Positions 15,779-22,399 of a stretch of DNA of 34,668 nt are shown here, piece after piece. The notes under the pieces were generated by a model. That model was not told where the DNA came from. It made no database searches and was given only the letters and a program-made list of their open reading frames with translations. Source of the stretch: Parcubacteria group bacterium (GTDB lineage Bacteria > Patescibacteriota > Minisyncoccia > Moranbacterales > UBA11712); assembly GCA_041661585.1 (NCBI GenBank), contig JBAZUC010000003.1, positions 1-34,668 on the forward strand. Reading direction: 5' to 3'. The first letter of the stretch is position 1; every line of letters begins with the position of its first letter. The position numbers were made by a program, and so were the translations under genes.

Positions 15779-16692
15779 TTTTTTCGCCTTGAAATTTTTA
15801 ACATTGAAACCGCCTTGAACTCGTCCCACCCAAATTTTTCCGGATATTCTCGCCAAGAACCTTCGCACACCTTGTCATAATCACATTTCTTGCATTGAGG
15901 CCCCTTCGCCTTGCCTTCATTTCGGCGAGCCTCAGTGAAATTCTCAACTACCGACTTAAAATCATAGATTTTCGTGGATGGAATGATATTTTCGGCGATA
16001 TGATCTTCATAGCCACTCATAAAACAATACGGAATCGCTTCGGTCATGCACGCTATTCCCTTCTTTTTCCCGATATCGAGCCCTTTTTTCGCGAACGGTT
16101 CAACCAGAGTCATGCGCGGAACGATGGAATCGAAATTATCCCTCGCGTTGCCGGTAGCGTGAACAAACGCAAATTGATATTGATCAGCACCAAGATTGAT
16201 AAGCAATCGGGCAATTTCCGGAAGATGCCTATAGTTTGATCTGGTAATAACAGTGTTTGTGATAATTTTTTGACCAAGTTTTTTCAAATTCTTGATTCCT
16301 TTCGTAGTCTGGTCGAAACTTCCCTTGGCAGAGGTGAGATAGTCATGAAGCTCGGCGCAATGTCCATGCAAAGCGGGTGAAAATTCATTTGCGCCCGCCT
16401 TAATCGTCTTTTTGCAGAAATCCAAATACGCGAACATCCGGCCATTGGTTTGAATCTGAATCGTTTTGAATTTCAATTCTTTGGCAAACCCCACAAGTTC
16501 CAAAAAATCGGATCGGATCGTCGGCTCGCCGCCCGTAAATACAATGCCTTGGCAATCACGGGAAGCCTCTTTCATTTCTTCTTTAACTTTGGAAGTTTTT
16601 TTATCTCTGAATTCGGTTCGTTTTCTCCCCTGCACGCAAAATAGGCAGTGATTATTGCAGGAAAAGCCTATTTTTATATCAGCTTTTTTCAT
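15775..16692 (-). CDS. Radical SAM protein, paralog group 1, with C-terminal CxxCx5C motif
   Basis: Motifs CNNHCLFC, TGGEPTIRSDF, TNGRMFAYLDF and ALHGH. The tail is CKKCDYDKVCEGSWREYPEKFGWDEFKAV. ATGA overlap with the upstream gene. Confidence 0.85.
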   Translation of the reverse strand: MKKADIKIGFSCNNHCLFCVQGRKRTEFRDKKTSKVKEEMKEASRDCQGIVFTGGEPTIRSDFLELVGFAKELKFKTIQIQTNGRMFAYLDFCKKTIKAGANEFSPALHGHCAELHDYLTSAKGSFDQTTKGIKNLKKLGQKIITNTVITRSNYRHLPEIARLLINLGADQYQFAFVHATGNARDNFDSIVPRMTLVEPFAKKGLDIGKKKGIACMTEAIPYCFMSGYEDHIAENIIPSTKIYDFKSVVENFTEARRNEGKAKGPQCKKCDYDKVCEGSWREYPEKFGWDEFKAVSMLKISRRKK

Positions 16693-17594
16693 TTTTTTGC
16701 CACATTGATTAAAAATTCAGTCAAGGTGCGATCCACTTTCATCGTAATTTTCAGAATTTCCTCCGGAAATGTCCTTTTCAAGATGTATTTCGGGTCAATG
16801 TTCAGGGGAAAATCGGAAACAGCGCGCCAGTCCGCAAGATTATGCACATTGCCTAATTTTAGCATATTGCCATATTTTCTGATATGTCTGTCGAGAAAAT
16901 AGTTTCCAAAATAAACATCCCCGTTGCAATCAACCGTAAGCGCGGAGCTGTGGAGAGGCACTTGATTTTTTTGCTCCAAATTTTCGAGTCGTATTCTTGT
17001 CTTCGCGCTTGCAATGACTTTTCTCATTTCATCAAAACATTTCCGAAGACTCCTGATTTCCTTCAGGGACCATTTAACATAGTAAGCCGGCAAAAATTTG
17101 AATCTCCTGATCCCTTTCCCGCTGAGGTCGACAAAAATACTTTTTGCTGAATCCGTTTTCCCCGGCAGTAGGTTTATGGTTACGACCAGAGAAGGCAATC
17201 TGGTGCAAATATTGAGAAAAAGACGGCTGCTGAAAATTTCTTTGCGCACCGAACTGACAATCAGCTTCAAGTTGGGTCTTTTCTGAAAAAAATCAACTTT
17301 TTTTCTGTCAAGGAGCAGGCCGTTGGTCACAAGGTCGAAATCGACGTTCGCATATCTTTTTTGAGTTCGATTCACAATCCTTCTTATAACTTCAAAATTG
17401 AGCAGTGGTTCGCCACCGAAAAATCTTATGAGCGGCCTTTGAGAAGAATCATTTTTTCCCAAAAAAAGAGAAACAGCCCTCCAGGCAGTTTCAAAGTTCA
17501 TATTTGTATTGCTTTTCTCCACTTGGCAGTGAGCGCATCTGAGATTGCATCGCTTTGTGACGACCAAGATCAGAATTTTTTTGTCAGACCTCAT
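16689..17594 (-). CDS. Radical SAM peptide-maturase-like protein lacking a complete SPASM Cys set (possible HxsC counterpart)
   Basis: Motifs CNLRCAHC near the N-terminus, FFGGEPLLNF and VDCNGDVYFGN (pre-SPASM-like), but no CxxCx5C. It is the first gene downstream of the His-Xaa-Ser peptide. Confidence 0.75.
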   Translation of the reverse strand: MRSDKKILILVVTKRCNLRCAHCQVEKSNTNMNFETAWRAVSLFLGKNDSSQRPLIRFFGGEPLLNFEVIRRIVNRTQKRYANVDFDLVTNGLLLDRKKVDFFQKRPNLKLIVSSVRKEIFSSRLFLNICTRLPSLVVTINLLPGKTDSAKSIFVDLSGKGIRRFKFLPAYYVKWSLKEIRSLRKCFDEMRKVIASAKTRIRLENLEQKNQVPLHSSALTVDCNGDVYFGNYFLDRHIRKYGNMLKLGNVHNLADWRAVSDFPLNIDPKYILKRTFPEEILKITMKVDRTLTEFLINVAKK

Positions 17595-17691
17595 TATCCC
17601 TTTTGCTTTTCATTATTAGCTGGAGCTTATTCAAAAGAATGCGTGAAAGCGTTTTGAGTCTTTCTGAAGACGGCGGATAAAAAAGGGCAGA

Positions 17692-17964
17692 TCAATAGGC
17701 GCCGTGAGAACCGTGGGAGCCGTGAGCGCCGTGAGAACCGTGGGAGCCGTGAGAACCGTGGGAGCTATGCGAACTATGAGCGCAAGTGGCGCTGGCGATG
17801 TTCGCATTCGGTTTCATAAGCCCGGACAGAGCAGCGGCACTGGCAATCGCCACTATTCCCATTCTTGCTACGCTTGATTTGTTGATACTACCCTCTTCAC
17901 TTGAAAGAAAGGCTTTTATTTGTTTTTTGATTCTGGGAATCTTTGCTTTTTTTGTTTGTGCCAT
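17692..17964 (-). CDS. hxsA: His-Xaa-Ser repeat peptide (HxsA-like candidate precursor), 90 aa
   Basis: MAQTKKAKIPRIKKQIKAFLSSEEGSINKSSVARMGIVAIASAAALSGLMKPNANIASATCAHSSHSSHGSHGSHGSHGAHGSHGSHGAY. The track start at 17973 is TTG; I prefer the ATG at 17964. Has a basic N-terminus, one hydrophobic segment, a single Cys, and then nine H-x-S/A triplets. Confidence 0.7.
   Translation of the reverse strand: MAQTKKAKIPRIKKQIKAFLSSEEGSINKSSVARMGIVAIASAAALSGLMKPNANIASATCAHSSHSSHGSHGSHGSHGAHGSHGSHGAY
17698..17778. repeat. Coding tandem repeat (period 9/18 nt) specifying the nine His-Xaa-Ser/Ala triplets
   Basis: The plus strand reads GCGCCGTGAGAACCGTGGGAGCCGTGAGCGCCGTGAGAACCGTGGGAGCCGTGAGAACCGTGGGAGCTATGCGAACTATG, with repeated GCCGTGAGAACCGTGGGA units. 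Locally GC-rich. Confidence 0.85.
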
Positions 17965-17996
17965 ATGAGTCAATTTTTATTAATTGTTATTTTTAA

Positions 17997-18962
17997 TTAG
18001 CTTTTTGCAGCATCTTCCAGAGCTTTCAGGCGATTATTGTCATAATACATATCACATCTAACCTTGCCTGTGTCCAGGATGGAACGGCAATCAAAATTTT
18101 GGTCAAAAAACAATTTGTATATGGGATACTGGTTCCTGCGGGAAATCTCTTCAAGCAGATCCGGATTATTTTCCCTGACTGCTCTCACGAAATGGGACAG
18201 CTGGACACACTCATACCAGAGATCTTCCCCGACTGTCGGATCCTGAGGAGAGGGTATGAATTTTCCCTTTTGGTCATCACAGACCGCAAAATCTTTTTTG
18301 TTGACGGCCAGACAAATTGACCGAGCCAGTGATCCATTTTGAAAATCCGCGCAGCTTTGTTCTGTTTTGGCGGTGACAAGCGCGCTGCACAAATTTTCGC
18401 AGTCTTTCTTGTCTGAATCCTTGCAAGCCTGCACATATTCAGGCAAACATTGTCCGGAACGCATAGCCGGTAAAACGGAATCTTTAAATAATTTGAATTG
18501 GAACTCGCAATGAGTTTCAACGAGCGGATCAGGAATTTTTTGGCATTCTTCGATTTTTCCATTTTTTATGGCGGAACAGGTCAAATACTTTTCGGTTTCG
18601 AATGGATTCATTCGGAACATATCGGGAATCGCCTGCGACATGGCCACTGCGTCAAAATTCGCTATTCCATCATATGTTTCCTCGCATTTTCCTTTTTCAG
18701 CAGTAAGATAGTCTGTTATCTCTTGAATGCTTTTCCCCTTTATCTTCGACAATTCATCGGCAGAAACAACGGCCTTGCTCTTTTTTTCATAAGACAGGGA
18801 ATGAGGGCTGTTGTACGATGCCTTCTTCGCAACTTTCTCATCCAATGCCTTTTTGCGGATCTGCTGAACCTGCCAGCTCCCAAAGATCACCGCGGCTATC
18901 GCCAAAAGGCAGATGATCGCCACAATAATGATCTTTTTGTTTTTGTTTTCTTCTATTATCAT
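17997..18962 (-). CDS. Membrane-anchored Cys-rich protein (N-terminal TM helix, 14 Cys in the predicted external part)
   Basis: 321-aa ORF. Starts MIIEENKNKKIIIVAIICLLAIAAVIFG, followed by a soluble region with 14 Cys. I do not recognise a family. Confidence 0.6.
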   Translation of the reverse strand: MIIEENKNKKIIIVAIICLLAIAAVIFGSWQVQQIRKKALDEKVAKKASYNSPHSLSYEKKSKAVVSADELSKIKGKSIQEITDYLTAEKGKCEETYDGIANFDAVAMSQAIPDMFRMNPFETEKYLTCSAIKNGKIEECQKIPDPLVETHCEFQFKLFKDSVLPAMRSGQCLPEYVQACKDSDKKDCENLCSALVTAKTEQSCADFQNGSLARSICLAVNKKDFAVCDDQKGKFIPSPQDPTVGEDLWYECVQLSHFVRAVRENNPDLLEEISRRNQYPIYKLFFDQNFDCRSILDTGKVRCDMYYDNNRLKALEDAAKS

Positions 18963-19019
18963 TTTTTTAAAATAAATTGTAAAAAAATTTTATTGAAAAT
19001 CTTTGTTTTTGTCAACCAT

Positions 19020-20513
19020 CTATTTGGGAGGAATTTTCTGACTGCATTCGATTTCTCTTCTTGCCCATCTTTCTAATATTTTTTTTGTTTTGTTGCTCTG
19101 CAAATATTCAAAAATCATATCAAAAATGGATTTTGAAATAATGCACCGCATGCTATTTGGCTGTTGACTGAAAATGTTTCCCGTTTCGGCATAGTTATAG
19201 ATCGGACACACCCCGCAATAGGGCTGATATGCGCAATGGGCACACCCGGCCTGACAACTCGTTTCGGAAGCCAAGCACATCCCTTTTAATGTTGGGTTGT
19301 CTATTATCTCCGAATAACTGTTTTTTGTGACATCTCCCAGCTTAAACATATCTTCTCCCGCATATCCCATCATTCTTCCCTCGTCGCAGGTATATATGCT
19401 TCCGTCATAATCATAGGCCAATTGGCCGATGCCCGCTCCGCAAGGCGAACGCAATTCCAGATAATTGATGTCTTCATCCTCAAGTATCTTCGATGCCATC
19501 ATTGCGGCTGTCCGCTCATGAAATTTTTTTCCGGATTTATTCAGCTCAAAAATATATTCCAGCGCCTTTTGGTAAAATTTCAGATATTCCTCCGTAGTAT
19601 AGCCTATTTTCGACCAGATCTTTCCTGCTATCCCGAGCGGACTCAAGGGCCTCAAAAATATCGCTTCAAATCCCCACTTGAGATATTCATCAACAATTTC
19701 TTTTGGATGATCCAGCGAGAACCGGCTGACGGTCACAATCGCTCCCGGCTGATGATAATATATTTTCCCTTTCACCTTTTTCCGTTCCAATTGCCTGTAT
19801 TTTTCAAGGGCGATATTGAGCCATTTGGTGGTGCTCTCATAGCTGCCTTGCGCCAGAAACGGACGATTTTTGTTTTGAATCTCCTTCGGACCATCCAAAG
19901 ATGAGCAAAGCGCCACGTGATTGTTGAAAAAGAACTCCAATTTTTCTTTGTCCATCAATGAAAAGTTCGATACCAGCCGCAATTCCAAATTCTTTTTTTC
20001 GGCCTTGTTCTTCTCGTTGGCGTATTCAACAATAAACTTCACAATCGGCCAATTCAGAAGCGGCTCTCCGCCCTGAAATTCTATGGCGATATTTTTGTTT
20101 GGAGTGGTAAAGATGAAATCGACGGTCTGCTTCGCGGTTGCCAGATCCATATCATATTTCATATCATCCACTTTTTTCGAGCTCGTCTGGCAATATATGC
20201 AATTATAGTTGCAGCGCAAGGTCACGACAATGATGTGAAGACTCGGACCTCCGAGGAGATTCCCTCGTTTCTTCGCGTATTTTTCAATGTACGTTTCAAA
20301 ATTTATCTTATCCCGAATGAAATTTTTTTTCAGCAATTCGCGATACTTCTTGTTTTTCGGATTTATTTTCCCCTCGAGATATTGCTTGAATTCCTTCTCT
20401 TCAAGCAACGCATAATCTCCCACGTCGTTCGTTAAGAGGTATTCCTTACCCAATTTTTTATATCGAAAAAATCCGACTTTCGAGTGATTCAGTTTATTCG
20501 TATTGAAATCCAT
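19020..20513 (-). CDS. hxsB: Radical SAM/SPASM peptide maturase (HxsB-like)
   Basis: 497 aa. Has an N-terminal extension of about 100 aa, then CNYNCIYC and FQGGEPLLNW. The SPASM region reads CGAGIGQLAYDYDGSIYTC...CQAGCAHCAYQPYCGVCP...RC. Confidence 0.8.
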   Translation of the reverse strand: MDFNTNKLNHSKVGFFRYKKLGKEYLLTNDVGDYALLEEKEFKQYLEGKINPKNKKYRELLKKNFIRDKINFETYIEKYAKKRGNLLGGPSLHIIVVTLRCNYNCIYCQTSSKKVDDMKYDMDLATAKQTVDFIFTTPNKNIAIEFQGGEPLLNWPIVKFIVEYANEKNKAEKKNLELRLVSNFSLMDKEKLEFFFNNHVALCSSLDGPKEIQNKNRPFLAQGSYESTTKWLNIALEKYRQLERKKVKGKIYYHQPGAIVTVSRFSLDHPKEIVDEYLKWGFEAIFLRPLSPLGIAGKIWSKIGYTTEEYLKFYQKALEYIFELNKSGKKFHERTAAMMASKILEDEDINYLELRSPCGAGIGQLAYDYDGSIYTCDEGRMMGYAGEDMFKLGDVTKNSYSEIIDNPTLKGMCLASETSCQAGCAHCAYQPYCGVCPIYNYAETGNIFSQQPNSMRCIISKSIFDMIFEYLQSNKTKKILERWARREIECSQKIPPK

Positions 20514-20535
20514 AATCTTCCAACGTCTTAATTTC

Positions 20536-20736
20536 TCACATGCCTTTCTCGAGGCTCAAAATATAGTTGCAGAATTCTCGCTCGATAACATCCTGCGTGC
20601 CGTTCTCTTTTGGCTTGATCGAGATCAAATAATACTTTCCTTTTTCTGACAGTCGGAAACCGGCAAGTCCTTTATAATCTTTTATTGCCTGCTCGATCGC
20701 CTCTCGAACATATATTTTTCTGTTTAATTTTACCAT
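20536..20736 (-). CDS. Small HxsD-like protein (66 aa)
   Basis: MVKLNRKIYVREAIEQAIKDYKGLAGFRLSEKGKYYLISIKPKENGTQDVIEREFCNYILSLEKGM. The track ORF extends to 20919, overlapping the upstream gene. I prefer the ATG at 20736. The sequence resembles the N-terminal two thirds of the neighbouring HxsD-like protein and ends in an F-x-N-Y-x-L-x-x-E motif. Confidence 0.45.
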   Translation of the reverse strand: MVKLNRKIYVREAIEQAIKDYKGLAGFRLSEKGKYYLISIKPKENGTQDVIEREFCNYILSLEKGM

Positions 20737-20749
20737 GCTGATTTTGTCG

Positions 20750-21214
20750 CTATTTTTTCTTTGCCTTTTTTTCTCTTTTCTTTGGAGCCGGCTGCGCATC
20801 TTCCCAGGAAGTGGCAATTCCCAGCGGGTCATCGCGCCAATCGCCGGCAGACTGATCATTTTCAACGCTTGGCTGTTCCGATAAATTTTCCGGCAAGCTG
20901 GAAACCAGCGCGGACGCAACGATATATTCCCTAATCTTCTGGTTGTTTCTCGCTATTTCCACTCGCAGAAGAAAATTCAGCAGTTCATTGAGAAACTCGC
21001 CCTCCAAGGCTTCTAATTTCTTTTTATCCGCTTTTTCTTTGCTCCTAAGCCGAACCATTATTTCTTTTTCAGGATCTCCGTCCAAATATATGTAGGCCCT
21101 GTCAATAAAAACATAAGCAGCGCTGAAAATAGCTTCCAGCGGATAATTTTTCGTTTTCAGCCAAAACACCACATCTTGATCTTTTGGGCTGATTTTTCTT
21201 TTTGGTAGCTGCAT
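20750..21214 (-). CDS. hxsD: HxsD-like protein (154 aa) with a charged C-terminal tail
   Basis: YPLEAIFSAAYVFIDRAYIYLDG...MVRLRSKE...LEGEFLNELLNFLLRVEIARNNQKIREYIVASAL. The ELLNFLLRVE segment resembles the LLNDYxLRE signature I recall for the HxsD family. Confidence 0.55.
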   Translation of the reverse strand: MQLPKRKISPKDQDVVFWLKTKNYPLEAIFSAAYVFIDRAYIYLDGDPEKEIMVRLRSKEKADKKKLEALEGEFLNELLNFLLRVEIARNNQKIREYIVASALVSSLPENLSEQPSVENDQSAGDWRDDPLGIATSWEDAQPAPKKREKKAKKK

Positions 21215-21228
21215 ATGTTTGGTCTTTG

Positions 21229-22269
21229 TTAATTCGTCTCAATCCAGCCACAGGAGCGGGTGTTCCCAGCGCGGCAAGATGAGATAGTGCCTCCACAAAC
21301 AGTGCTTCCACACGTCCAGACCCACTCCGTGTAATTGTTTTCCAAGCTGCCATTATTGAAGGAGCTTTCCGGAGAACACAAGTTACTCGAGGGAGTGCCT
21401 GATTGACAGAAATTGTTTCCGTCGAGGCTACCGCATTGGCCAGTTTGTTTCACGTCATAAGTCTTGCTGCATGGAGCAGTCGGGGTATGGCATGGATCAT
21501 TGTTTGTACAATCCCACTTCCATGGATTGTCTGCGCTGCCGTCACCGTGAAAATTTGTCGCTGTGTTGTCTGCAACGCATAAGTTGGGACTGGACGAGGT
21601 GAGCGACTCACCTTGGCAGATAGTCCCTCCAAGCACGCTCCCACACTGACTTTGGCTTGGAGTTAGGGCGGTAGCACAGCATAAAGGCGAAGACTGTCCT
21701 CCAAAAAAACCGTCACATTTCCAGCTCCAAGGATTGTCATTGTTTATGATATTCGGCATCCCAATGATGCATAACTCGGAAGAAGGCTTTGTATTCAAAG
21801 TATCTGGCGCGCAGAAAGATAGGTTTTGCGCACACTTCCCATCTATGTTGCCAAGAACAAAACTTCCTTGGGCATAGGGACTCCAATCATAAGCGTCCTT
21901 CACTCTCACGGCATAATTGTATGTAGAGTTGTCAATTGGTAGCGTTCCCGGAGGTACTTCGTATGAATAGTTCCCCGGCGGAAACGGAGCTGGTAACGTC
22001 AGGGATTTGATCCCTGTGTCATAGTTGGTTGATGCACTGGTAATTGTTATTTGATAATTATAAAAGGGACTTCTAGATACTTTGAAATTTATTTTTGGTC
22101 TGTTTGGGTTGATCAAATCGGGTTCAGGCGGCCCGACACAAACCTCGATATTCGTAAACGGCGCTGCTCCAAATGTTTCACTCGCAAAACTGCACACAAA
22201 AACCAAAACGAGTAAAATTGTGGCTATTCTCTCGATTTTGATATATTTTTTTTTGTTTTCGTTATTCAT
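21229..22269 (-). CDS. Secreted Cys-rich protein: signal peptide, paralogous N-terminal domain of about 100 aa, and three W-x-W-x-C modules
   Basis: Signal-like ATILLVLVFVCSFASETFGAAP. The domain NIEVCVGPP...VRVKDAYDWSPYAQGSFVL is shared with 22400-22978. The three modules are NPWSWKCDG, NPWKWDCTN and YTEWVWTCGS. The stop is 14 nt before the hxsD-like start. Confidence 0.65.
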   Translation of the reverse strand: MNNENKKKYIKIERIATILLVLVFVCSFASETFGAAPFTNIEVCVGPPEPDLINPNRPKINFKVSRSPFYNYQITITSASTNYDTGIKSLTLPAPFPPGNYSYEVPPGTLPIDNSTYNYAVRVKDAYDWSPYAQGSFVLGNIDGKCAQNLSFCAPDTLNTKPSSELCIIGMPNIINNDNPWSWKCDGFFGGQSSPLCCATALTPSQSQCGSVLGGTICQGESLTSSSPNLCVADNTATNFHGDGSADNPWKWDCTNNDPCHTPTAPCSKTYDVKQTGQCGSLDGNNFCQSGTPSSNLCSPESSFNNGSLENNYTEWVWTCGSTVCGGTISSCRAGNTRSCGWIETN

Positions 22270-22288
22270 TTAAAGATAACTTACTATA

Positions 22289-22318
22289 AATGTACGGCAT
22301 GCTTCATTCTTTGGTCAA
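22289..22318 (-). promoter_or_regulatory. Possible sigma70-type promoter upstream of the 346-aa secreted protein
   Basis: On the minus strand: TTGACC (22318-22313), an 18-nt spacer, then TACATT (22294-22289). It is preceded by an imperfect hairpin around CTCGGCCGAG (22347-22356). Confidence 0.25.
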
Positions 22319-22399
22319 ATCTAGCTTAAATACACTTCTGCGAAACTCGGCCGAGTCGCTGCAGTATCTCACAAAGACGAATTTCGCACGCAGAGACTT

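Noticed and set aside
17698-17778. Tandem 9/18-nt repeat, considered as a CRISPR array or a non-coding microsatellite
   Set aside because: There are no spacers, the repeat is in frame within an ORF, and it encodes a regular His-Gly-Ser pattern. It is a coding repeat.
20737-20919. N-terminal extension of the 127-aa track ORF (MRPRWFPACRK...), and the ORF at 21102-21353
   Set aside because: Both overlap the better-supported HxsD-like ORF in other frames. The extension is Arg/Lys-rich low complexity. The internal ATG at 20736 gives a coherent 66-aa protein.
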